Shown here piece after piece: positions 25,135 to 36,248 of a DNA stretch of 64,000 nt. The stretch is taken from the NCBI GenBank assembly GCA_964188305.1, contig OZ076890.1. The stretch is one strand, 5' to 3'. Positions within the stretch are counted from its first letter, which is position 1. Each line of letters starts with the position of its first letter. This stretch comes from Podarcis bocagei (lineage: Eukaryota). The notes under the pieces are model-generated. The model saw only the letters and a program-made list of their open reading frames with translations, did not search any database and was not told the DNA's origin. The translations under genes were made by a program, and so were the position numbers.

Positions 25135-25346
25135 CCAAAGGTGTCTTGCTGTCTTATTGTTTACTACTTCACCAGCTGCAAGTATCAGCTTTGTCCTATT
25201 GGCGATAACTTTGAAGCAACACATTTCTGTATCTTTATCACAACAAGCTTTGTATATAATCCATGCCTGGTGTCTTCTGGTCTTGTCTGAATAGCCAGCA
25301 CACTCCAACGAACCTAAACTATGTGGTAGCTGAAGAACTATCTGCA
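25135..25346 (-). CDS. Weak candidate 212-nt exon (QIVLQLPHSLGS...NNKTARHLW)
   Basis: Branch-like CTAAT plus TTTCAG acceptor, single open frame of 70 codons, donor TGG|GTATGT; no recognised homology. Confidence 0.2.
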
Positions 25347-25961
25347 CTGAAATGATATAATGAAATTAGGACAATGTTTTCAGAGAAATTAGGCCTAAAA
25401 TTCAAACTCTTTCATGGGGAGCATGCCACAAGTGGGGAGGCACCACATTTCCATTTCATGCTTAGCCTGTGCATATGTGAAAGCAACACCACATATCACA
25501 AAGGCACCTGAGGTGTGCAGTGGGACCCTTGGAATCTGCCACTGCTCAGAAGTAGTGTACATGTAACTGTTTCAATTTTTATGGACACACTGTCTATGCC
25601 CTTGTTTACCTCTGAATCATTAATGGAGCATTGTGGGAACCAGACTTGGCTTGGATTGATTCAGAGAACCCTTGACTCACTCCTGATGACTCCTGAATCA
25701 CCCTGTTTTGATTTCAGATTCATGATTTGTCTGAAGCCAATGCACACCTGTGACACAAATTCCATGCCAAATGAAGGGCATTAGATTGTTTCCATGGCAT
25801 AAACATTTGCAAACTAGTCCATAGTTTAGATCCCCTCCCCCTGAATTTGTCAATAATCCTCATTCATTTTGCAGTTAAGGAGATTATCTCCACTACTCTC
25901 CTATAGCTTTCAGTTGTCTAGAAAGAGAGCTGAATGAAACTTTAAATGTATCAAACTGAAA

Positions 25962-25975
25962 CCACCAGAGGGCAC
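25962..25975 (+). promoter_or_regulatory. CTCF core motif
   Basis: CCACCAGAGGGCAC matches CCASYAGRKGGCRS. Confidence 0.5.
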
Positions 25976-27039
25976 CAGACACTGCAAAAACAAAACCTCA
26001 CAACGGCCACTAACCACTTTTAAAGAGCTCTCTCTTTTATTATAAATTGCCAATAATAAATGACAAAATTTAGAGGAATGGCTTAAGCCACAGCCCAATC
26101 CCATTAGTGTGCTTTTGATGACTCTCCTTTACATGATGAGTGAGACAGAGTTGCTCAATTCTGCTCTATTTGCTATAAAAACCTCTTTCATACTAGATTA
26201 GATGGGTAGGCTTGTTCTGCAATTCTCAGCTTCTGGCATTGTCACCAGATTTTAAATTGGGGATCCTTAGGATTCTTGTTTTCCTCTCTCAGAACTCTTG
26301 TACCAGGAATCAGAGATAATATAGCTCTTTACAGATGTTCAAACTCTCCACTATGTGGTGCATGAATGCACTCACTCTCTCTGTGTGTGTTGTTGTGTAG
26401 GCAGGCTTTCATGCCACATGGTTCTCATATTCACTGGCACATCCACAATGTGGCTATACACGTGCAAGTGTATACACATGAATGCCTCTCAATATAGTCA
26501 ACCTATGCATGTACAGGTGTAGTAGATATGTTGAGACATGCCAGCAAATATGCACATGTTGGGTCTTGTACCACCACACAGCATGCACAGGGAAATGCGA
26601 GAGACCACAGTAGTGGAGACATCTGTAGGAGGCCCAACTACTGTCTATGGCCCTGTTGGCAGCCTCAACCACCATCGTGCCCAGGTATGAATGAACTAGG
26701 ATGGCGTGATTCCTATGGGTCACCCAAGCCTGGAGTTGGCTCTAGACAGGAGCGGAGTCTTCTGCACCATCACCATCACCCTACTGTTTGCATATTCTGG
26801 AAGAGATCCTGGATGTTGGTAAAAGGCTACTAACTTGTCTCCCCTGCATAAACATACCCCATTTGTTTTCCTGCAGCACCATAAAGTCTGGTTAGCATGA
26901 GAGACATGACCTTTTGAGTGGTGGCCCCACAGTCATGCCAGTCCCTGTAACAATGCATGGGCTTCAACTGTGCCTTGAAAACTTGGCCTATGCCAAATAC
27001 TGCTTATGCTCCTGATTCTTGAGATTCTACAGCAGGGGT

Positions 27040-27665
27040 GGTTCCAGTTCTACTTGGATGGTGTCTTCCAGAGGGTGATGTTTGGGCCTGTGGAGCCTTC
27101 AATGTGGGGTTCCTTGGTGTTGGAATTTATTCCCCATGCTGTTTATCATCTACATGAAAATGCTGAGTGGGGTCATCTGGACTTTTGGAGTACGTTGTCA
27201 GCAATATGCTGATGACACACAGCTCTATTCCTCCTTTACATCTGTAGGGGCAGTGGATGTGCTGGACCACTGTCTTGCCTTGATAACAAACTGGATGAGA
27301 CCCAATAAACTGAATTCCAATCCAGATAAGACCGGCGCATTGTTACTTGGTGGTTCCTGAGACCAGATGGATGGGAGGTTGGCTGCTCTTCATGCAGTTA
27401 TGCTCCCTCTGAAGGAGTGAGTATGCAGCTGGCGGTACCTCTGCATCCTTTGCTATCACTTGAGGCTCAGGTGATCTCAGTGATGTGGAGTGCCTTTCAT
27501 CAGCATCAGCTTCAGCCCAGCTGCACCCCTGTCTGGACAAGGATAGCCTAACTTTTGTCATCTATGCTCTGGTAACTTCTAAACTGGATTACTGCAAGAC
27601 ATTATACCTAGGGCTGCCTCTGAAGACGGTTTGGAAACGTCAGTTGGTGCAGAATTCGCCAGCCA
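27040..27665 (+). mobile_element. L2/CR1-group LINE reverse transcriptase fragment (pseudogenised)
   Basis: CGVP..PMLFIIYM..QYADDTQLY..NWMRPNKLNSNPDKT and LVTSKLDYCKTLYLGLPLKTVWKRQLVQN. Confidence 0.92.
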
Positions 27666-29269
27666 GTAAAATATGGCCTTCTTATGTACATCATTAATGC
27701 ATCTTTTTAAAGTCTGTTCTGGTCCACATCCTGTTGCATATCGCTTTCCAAGTCAGACCCAGATAACATGTGTGCTCTGCTAGTCGAAATCCTCTTGTAT
27801 TTGTTAATCAGATCACAGGAAGCTTTTGAGATTGTTAACCTAAAGGAAAACACACACTGATCAGACAGTCAAGCTAGGGGGGAATCCAGGCACCAGGGTG
27901 GTACAAAGTCCAAAGCAAATGATAATACCTTTTAAATGTCGGCACTGTGGTTAGTGACAGCATAGCCCAGCACTTTAAAGGCTTTCACTGCTCAGCTTGA
28001 ATTGGATAGTGCACGAAGTGGAATTTAGATAGGAGTCTTGTCTTTGCAGGTGGAAAATATTTAGTTTACAGGGACTTTCATCAGTACCGGACTTAAACAA
28101 GCCACAATTGAGTGTGTTCCTAAAAAAAAACCAGAGAGATTCCAGCTGTTAGCTAACCCACATATCTATAGCTGTATAGATCAGGGCAGCAACTGTAATT
28201 TCAGCGTATGAAAGACGGTGCCTCCTATACGTTCCTGCACAGATTCACATGTTTACCAAATGATGCCAGAAATGATACACTAGAGAGAGAGGTATCAGAA
28301 CCATGCTGTGCCTTATGGATTATATCTGAAGCCCATTCGGTAATAGTTGCTATAATGGCATGTGGAAAACAGCCAGTTTGGGCACAAATTGTATCAGGGA
28401 ATACTTCAAATTACTTGCACAGCCACAGTTTATCACACGGCCTCTCCATTTCAGGGATTCTTGGGAGTTAAAGTTTGTATAGAGGATACAAACAGTAGAG
28501 AAGCTTTCTTCTATGGACTTTGAGGTCAAATATCTGCTGCATACTTGATTTAAAAGAGTACTGGAAGCCAGCCTTTAAGTCGTTGGTATTTGATAGCTTG
28601 CAATCCATAGGTTTTCTACAATCAAGTGGTATATAAATTTTATGAAGTGTAAATGAAATAGGGTTCTATCCAATGTTAGTTGTACTCAGAGTTGCCCCAT
28701 TGAAATTGATGCAGTTGAGTAACTTAAGTCTGTCTATTTGTTCTGCTTGTATTATGATGTAGGCTGCAATTCTAACCCCACGTACCTGTGAGTAATCAGG
28801 AATGGCAGATATACGGAAGGGAAGAATTAGCCAGGGTAGAATTCTCCTTTGCCAGAGCAAAAGTCTTGTCACCTTCTAACTTGATGCATTAGGCCTCAAC
28901 CCTAACCCCTCCTAACCCTAGAAGTAAGCCGCATTGAATTCAACATGGCTTTCCTTCTGAATAGATTAGGATCATACTGTTAGTTGGCCATCACCCATAA
29001 TCTGTAGTATTTGTTTTATACATTATTTTATAGCTGACGATTGACAGAAATGTTAGTATTTAAAATGAATGCTGATTTGATGTGTTAGAAAGTTTCCAGG
29101 ATGGTTTGTTGTCTGTTTTTGCAAAGGCTGCAAAACATGCACATGAAACCTTTTTTTTTTTTTTTTGAGGAAGAGACTTTTTTTTAGGGAAGAAGTGGCA
29201 GCTGAAGGTGCCTTAACCCACGCCCTGCCTGCCACTTTCCCCCTGAAGTTGCTTTTCTCCCACATCTTT

Positions 29270-29447
29270 TGGGAAGGACCATAGCAAAGTGGAACAGCAA
29301 CTGCTTTGCATGCAGAAGGTCCCAGGTTCAGGGACTAGGAATGTCCCCTGTCTGAAACCCTGAAATCCCCTTGCCAGTCAGTGTCTGCATTACTGAGCTA
29401 GATGAACAACGATCTGACTCAGTATAAAGCACTTTCCATATTCCTAA
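29270..29447 (+). mobile_element. tRNA-derived squamate SINE (non-Sauria family), decayed
   Basis: tRNA-like head TTTGCATGCAGAAGGTCCCAGGTTCA, tail ACTGAGCTAGATG..GACTCAGTATAA..TTCCTA; related 3' fragment at about 38500-38637. Confidence 0.65.
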
Positions 29448-29743
29448 CAGCATATTTGACACGTACTGTAAGCAAGGGCAAAGAGCCAGAGGGTTTGCAG
29501 GAGGGAAAGCGGTGGACAGAGGACCTCTGCCTGCCACTTCTCTGAAAACTATGTGCCTCCCATTGTTATTGTACAGTGCAGAATCAGTGATCTATGGTCC
29601 CAGACTTGTGTTTTATGTCATTGGCCTGTTTTCATCCTCAGTGAACTTAATCAAAAAGCTCTTGGATAAAAACACGCCAATTCTGTCAATATGGGTTTGG
29701 GTACATATACTTGTTTTAAGAAATGTCATCACATCTAAGTGCA

Positions 29744-29745
29744 TT

Positions 29746-29797
<52 letters not shown>
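29744..29797. repeat. (TTTC)n microsatellite
   Basis: Directly visible. Confidence 0.97.
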
Positions 29798-29798
<1 letters not shown>

Positions 29799-30374
29799 AG
29801 CTCCAGCTGAACACAATAATATTACCTGTGTGAGTGCCCAAGTGGATGAATAGGATAGATATAAAAGAGTTTTTTTATATTTTTTTATACAGCACTAAAC
29901 TGCCTCTTTTCCAGGTTCATAACGACCTTTACATATTATGTTTGGTGAATAGAGTTTCTGAGATGCTGATATGTATTCCACACACACAGTCTGCTGGTGC
30001 TGTGGCTAATAAAAAGTGAATAAATTACCTGAGGCTGGTCTTCAGTAGATCAAATCTCCTGGTTCCACAGCCCAGCAATTTGAAATCCCTCTATATCATA
30101 CCTTCTCTGCTTAGGCATGAATAGCCTCCTTCATTATGTAAGGGAGCTACAGAGTCATGTTTAGCATAATGCTGAATATTTAATAGAATGCACCACACTG
30201 ATTAGATGTCTTCCCTTTTCTCCCTGGCCCCATCACCTTGGAGAAGATGGGATGATATTCTCCAATACTGTAATTGGGGAGATGGAAGAAGTGGCTGTAA
30301 AATAAAGTTTTATACTATGGCTTGGATCCAGACTGAGTCATCCTTAGAGTAACTTGTCTGGGCATATTGGTGGA

Positions 30375-31325
30375 GTGGATGAGGCCCAATAAGCTGAGCT
30401 TGAACAGAGGCACTGTGGGTTGGTGGTTGCCATGTTCAGGGGATCAGTAAAATGCCTGTTCTAGATGGGACTCGGGGCGCGGGTGGCGCTGTGGGTTAAA
30501 CCACAGAGCTTAGGGCTTGCTGATCAGAAGGTCGGTGGTTCGAATCCCTGCGATGGGGTGAGCTCCCATTGCTCGGTCCCAGCTCCTGCCCACCTAGCAG
30601 TTTGAAAGCACATCAAAGTGCAAGTAGATAAATGGCGGGAAGGTAAACGGCGTTTCCGTGCGCTGCTCTGGTTCACCAGAAGCAGCTTAGTCATGCTGGC
30701 CACATGACCCGGAAGCTGTATGCTGGCTCCCTCGGCCAATAAAGCGAGATGAGCACCGCAACCCCAGAGTCGGCCACGACTGGACCTAATGGTCAGGGGT
30801 CCCTTTACCTTAGATGGGACTGTCCTCCCTCTGCAAGAACAGTTTGGGGAGTGTGAAGGTGATCATGGATGTGGCTAGGAGAGCCTTTTGCTAGTTATGG
30901 TTGTTATGCAGTCTATGGCCATTCTCAGACAGGGGTAGTTTGGCCATAGTCATTTACGCATCCGTAATGTCAAGACTCCGTTATTGCAGTCCACTCTATG
31001 TGGGGCTACCCTTGAGGCTGGTCCATAGGTTTTGGCTTCTGCAATATGTTGCAGCTAGACTGTGGATGGGGACACCCATTGCTCAAAAGCTTGCACTGGC
31101 TAGGCCAGGTTCAGACTGCCTGATCCCTTATATCCCTCTTTAATCAGTGAGGTCCTCAGAGAAGTCACTGTTAGTAGTCTCCCAGGGCTCAGATTCAAGC
31201 CAGATTCCCATGGCTTGAACCAAGAACCTTGGACTCAGTATTATAGGCCCAATTATGTCAGATTGACTCCCTTTCTGCTGAACTTCTGATGCTTACTGGA
31301 GATTGATTTATTCCAGCAGGCTTTA
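30375..31325 (+). mobile_element. Decayed L2 LINE 3' region interrupted by a Sauria SINE
   Basis: VMSRLRYCSPLYVGLPLRLVHRFWLLQYVAARL resembles the L2 ORF2 C-terminus and the 27485-27697 peptide. Confidence 0.75.
30473..30810 (+). mobile_element. Sauria SINE, full length
   Basis: A-box TGGCGCTGTGG, B-box GGTTCGAATCC, tail CCCTTTACCT; 11-bp TSD TAGATGGGACT (30462-30472, 30811-30821). Confidence 0.95.
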
Positions 31326-31487
31326 ATGTTGAATTCTGATTTCATATTTTCAAACAAATTTTTAGTCTTATTGTATTAGGTCTCCTGTACATAAATGTAC
31401 AAGCTTACTTATTAACTTACTTAAGTTTAATGGGTCTATTCTAAGCATGACTCAGTCTGAATCTAACCCTATCGAAAAACAAACTGC

Positions 31488-31618
31488 ATGGCAACCTGGG
31501 GCTTTCTAGATGTTGTTGGATTCCACTTCCATCAGCTCCAGCCAACAAGGCCAACGGTCAGGAAGGATGAGAATTGTAGAACAACAACATCTTGAAGGCA
31601 ACTCAGTTTCCACCCCTG
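31488..31618. mobile_element. Short hAT-type palindromic MITE (family C)
   Basis: AGATGTTGTT...AACAACATCT arms, right TIR TTTCCACCCCTG. Confidence 0.65.
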
Positions 31619-32575
31619 CCCTCTGGGTTGCTTCACAAATGCATGCAAAATGGCTGCCATATCCAGCTATGATTCCCACATGTGAATGGAACACCAGATA
31701 AATAGTGCCAGAAACAGAACTTTTTTTAGCATACCCTCCAACATCTGGGTGATCCAAACTGGGATGCTTTCTTTTTGGTCCTGAGCACTCGCAGGGGCCA
31801 GCTGGCTCATGCCAGAGTGCAAATCTGAAAGGCAAATGTCTTATGGTCTGGTGCAAGGCAGCTGATTTGCGCAAGAGTGGCAGGCCAAAAAATGAAGTCT
31901 TTTGGTCTGGTGTTGTGGTGTGAGCCAGCCGACTCGTGCAAGAGTGCTGGACTGAAAAATGAGACATTTAGGGATCCAATCAGAAGCCAGGAATGGTTTC
32001 TGTTATTCTGGGATGTCTTGCTTAAATCAGGATAGTTGAGTGGTATTTCCCAGCACCTTTTAGCACATCAGATGCAAAGCTTTTCATCAACTGGATTAAA
32101 ATTACTTGCTCACTAATCTCCCAGCCCCCAGGACACAATGCAGAAGCCTTTCTGAAGCTAACCAGGTCATGCCTACATGAGAAACTGTCTACAGACCCTA
32201 TGTATACTGCTTTGAGTTTTGTGGAGGAAATATGGGATATATAAATTTATTAAATATACAGATGACAAAGATGTGTAAGGCCTGGGCATAATTTCTCCAT
32301 CATAAATATTAGGTTGTTCTTACTCTCTGTCACTTTTAAAAAAAAAAAATCAAAGGCTTTTGGGAAATGTTTACATCCATTGGTTTATTTTTGACATTAA
32401 TATCCAAACAAGCAAAGATATTCCTCATTAAGTCCTGAGGCTCACAAACCCATGACTTGCAGTACAACAAAGCACATGAAACAGGGCTGGATCTAGCACA
32501 TCAAAGAAGTGTTTCAGTAATGTGTGGTAAATTTAAACAGGGAAAACAGGTAGAGAAAAAAAATGGGACTCCATG

Positions 32576-32590
32576 TCGCCATCTGGTGGC
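32576..32590 (-). promoter_or_regulatory. CTCF core motif
   Basis: Minus strand GCCACCAGATGGCGA; CpG retained. Confidence 0.55.
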
Positions 32591-33589
32591 ACAATGTTAT
32601 ATCGCACATACAACACATATACCGTAAATAGCTTTTTCTGTATCAGTCTATCCAAGTCCCAGGTCAGCTCTTATTTATTTCCATGGTTGCAGGCCTTAAC
32701 ATCTGGCCAGTAAACTTTTATCTTCCACTCCATGGGGGTAACCCAAGTCCATTTAAACAAGCTGAGCTTAAGTGAGCTTGGCTGCATCTGATCTGTTGCT
32801 AGTGAGGATTGCCTCAAGTTAGCGGAACTTGCTAGAGTTTGCCCTAAAACAATAATAGCAAAGGCTGCTGCATGTACCAGAAGGGCTTCTATTCGGTATA
32901 AGTATGAGATGGAACACAATACAGAATGGCTGGCAACGTGAGGTGGCCATTTCATGATGGCGATGGAGGAGGAATTGGTTTGGCCTGCTTTCTGCTGTGG
33001 ATCAACCCAAGCACAACTCCCAATTGGATTGCACACTTCTCCAGGTATCACAATGTAGTTTCAGCATGCAAAGCAGCGCATACAAAATAGAAATTTTACA
33101 GTAAAAAAAGTATTGAAAAAAGTTGCATGACACAGGATGGACCTATAATTGAGTGCCAGAGAAACTGAAATGGGATGCAATTGGGCTGATTAGTTCATCT
33201 CTCCCTGAGGCAATGGATCCTGGGAGGTGGTGGTGGTCAGGTACCAAATTTCAAATGGGAAAAAATGCAAAAATGGGAGAAACCCAAATTAACAGATTAT
33301 CCTTTTCTGATGTTCAACACCATGCCACCCTTGCAAAAGCAACTTATTTATGTACCCCCATACCCTACACCTCAAATTGCAGAAAACTTTGTCAGATAAT
33401 CAAAATGCACTACCTTCAATTTGTGACATACCCTTCCACCAATCTCTACCATTTTCACACAATCCCCTACAAAGTTCAAATGATAAACCTTGAATCTTTG
33501 CTTTTTCAAATGAGCATTTCAGAATTCATTTCAGCTCTGCTCTCAACTTCATGGTCCCCATCTTCTTTTCTTATAATCATTCCATGTTT

Positions 33590-33919
33590 TCATAGAATCA
33601 TAGAATCATAGAGTTGGAAGAGACCACAGGGGCCATCGAGTCCAACCCCCTGCCAAGCAGGAAACACCATCAGAGCACTCCTGACATATGGTTGTCAAGC
33701 CTCTGCTTAAAGACCTCCAAAGAAGGAGACTCCACCACACTCCTTGGCAGCAAATTCCACTGTCAAACAGCTCTTACTGTCAGGAAGTTCTTCCTAATGT
33801 TTAGGTGGAATCTTCTTTCTTGTAGTTTGGATCCATTGCTCCGTGTCCGCTTCTCTGGAGCAGCAGAAAACAACCTTTCTCCCTCCTCTATGTGACATCC
33901 TTTTATATATTTGAACATA
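33590..33919 (-). mobile_element. CR1 LINE 3' end, young
   Basis: (ATTCTATG)n tail; ORF MFKYIKGCHIEEGERLFSAAPEKRTRSNGSKLQERRFHLNIRKNFLTVRAV is the CR1 ORF2 C-terminus. Confidence 0.95.
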
Positions 33920-35518
33920 TATAACATATTTATATATTTCACAGTATACAAATTATCATATTCACCTCTACACCAGTCATGTCACATTCATATTATTTTC
34001 ATTTTATAGATGATGCACGGTGGCTGAGCAAGTGAAAAACTTCCAGACCATTCAGAGCAAGGGTGCCAGCCCCAGGATACTGGGACTGTATCCCCACACA
34101 TAGGATTGTGCTGTTAGGATTGTGGCTAATATATCATTTCTCATATTTTAGATGACTACTATCATTTTTGCTAGATTGATTCGAGGGTATATATGCTTTC
34201 CTATCTCCATAGAGTGAATGATTTCTCAGGTCTCATCTGCCTCTACCATTTCTATGATTCTATGAATATTTTCCCACAGAGAGGGCCATCAAAGACAGAC
34301 TAGCATAGCTTACAAATGCATCTTCTTGCTCTAGAGATCCATAGGCTGTTTAGATATTTATATTTTGAGAGATAACAGCAATGCTGAGCTGGCTCCTGCT
34401 GTGCTAAAGTTAATAAATAACTTGGCATAGGAGAGGAGGGGGAGCGATAGCCCAATTGCTTGAAAATGGTTTCCTCTCTCTGCTTTCCAATCCTACATAA
34501 ACCTGTGAAATGGCCAATGGACCCAGGAGAGATCAAATCGGAGGCTGCTGGTTTCAAGAATATTTATGGCCTCCTTTCCACAAGTGACAATTGTTCATGA
34601 CTGCTGATAAGATCAATCCATCATAGGCATATAAAAACCCAAGAATGATCCAAGGTGTGTTGAGCAGAAATATTTTTGCATTTCATTCACAGATGAATGC
34701 TTTGACATATCAAATAAAATCACAAGCTGTAACCTGCGCTGACATCCTGACTCTAACTGGGAAAAGGAAAGAGGGAAAATAAGAAAAAGGTAGAGCAATA
34801 GAGGGAGCTGTTGTCCAATGAAGAAAAATAAAAGAAAAGCATGTTTGATGAGATTGCCTCCTCCACCTTCTAGGGAATAATTACTGATCTGTTTGCTTAA
34901 ATATATGCAAACGGAAAGAAGCAAAACAAAATAAGACCATGGCTGTTATGGGCGGCGGCAGGGGGGGGGGGAGATACCATTACATTCAATGACTTGACAT
35001 GTCTTACAATGTTTGGGAATGAGACTAAGAGATAGGCAATGCCCTATCTAAAAATGTCACTGCAGTAGGTTCCTTGCGGGAAGCCACCCATATCATTGAC
35101 CTAATTAATTGTGCATGATTCAGCAGGATATCCTTCAGGTCCTTTCATTAATTCTGAGAATAAAGCTTTCAGGGTACTTCCATGCTGGGAAGAGAGGAAG
35201 AAAGAGCTGCGTCTTTGAGAGCTCTCAGTGGCCAGGCTCAGGTTCAAAAGCAAAACAGGGGCACCTGCCAGGCATAATTTTATCTCGATTGCTCCTCCAT
35301 TTTTTAGATGGGTTTTTCTTTCCTGTGCAGGTAATCCTCTCCAGGAGAGTGGAATTGATTCTAATGAAGCATCTGCCTGCCATAAAGGAGGAGGAATATA
35401 TTTTACAACAGCAGCAACAACAACACCATCACCACCAACAACAACATAGCTTTTTATGCAGAGCTTTCACTGCACCAAGGAAGTAGTGGTGGTTGGGGCT
35501 GAAAAGTGAATATAGGGG

Positions 35519-35775
35519 CAGGGTTGGCCCACAGCCTTCTGCTACCTGAAGCAAATGACAAAATGGCTCCCACCATCTCTTCCCTGTACAGGGTCTGACT
35601 GGTCTGGTAGGTGAAGCTTAAAAGTCAACACTGCCAATGAGACAATGTCTTCCAAGGCACCTGAGGGTAGCAGGCTAGATAAGGAGGCACAGGACACGCC
35701 ACACATACACCTCAGTCTACTCCTCACTCCTCAGCACCTGCTGCTTCACTCTGCCAAATATTAGGCCTGGCCCTG
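35519..35775. mobile_element. Possible hAT-type MITE
   Basis: CAGGGTTGGCCC / GGCCTGGCCCTG imperfect TIRs; TSD degenerate. Confidence 0.45.
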
Positions 35776-36019
35776 ACTAAGGGTCAGGAGGAGCCAAAGG
35801 GCCTTGTGACCCTCAGAATGCCAGATGAATTCATCTGGAAAAGGTAGCACCAGAATCTGGAAGCACCAAATTAGGCTAGGAAATGCTGAGGGAAGGAGCA
35901 GAGTAGAGGGGCTGTGAGACAGTTATGGAAAGAGAGAGGCCACTCCACAGGTTAAAGGGGTACAATTTTTCTCTGAGGCCTCTTCTTTTCTGTGGGCTGT
36001 TTGCTCTATTCACCATGTA

Positions 36020-36248
36020 CAGTGGTACCTAGGGTTAAGAACTTAATTCATTATGGAGGTCCGTTCTTAACCTGAACCTGTTCTTAACCTGAGGTACCAC
36101 TTTAGCTAATGGGGCCTCCCGCTGCTGCTGCGCCGCCGGCGCACGATTTCTGTTCTCATCCTGAAGCAAAGTTCTTAACCCGAGGTACTATTTCTGGGTT
36201 AGCGGAAGCGTCTGTAACCTGAAGCGTCTGTAACCTGAGGAACCACTG
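36020..36248 (-). mobile_element. Tigger-like MITE family B, copy 4
   Basis: Same TIR, TA TSD. Confidence 0.93.

Noticed and set aside
28899-28920. Interstitial telomere-like CCCTAA repeats
   Set aside because: Only two or three degenerate units; compatible with chance
30473-30550. tRNA genes suggested by A/B boxes (also near 2550, 29280, 53640)
   Set aside because: These are tRNA-derived SINE heads continuous with SINE bodies; no cloverleaf
32671-33051. 126-aa minus-strand ORF
   Set aside because: Non-ATG start, no splice signals or recognisable domain; expected by chance in 64 kb
34734-34795. Strong minus-strand acceptor at 34756
   Set aside because: No convincing downstream donor, so no exon could be delimited
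35109-35486. ORF with a polyQ/polyH tract
   Set aside because: The tract is a short CAG/CAA/CAC microsatellite; the rest has no protein-like signal or ATG context
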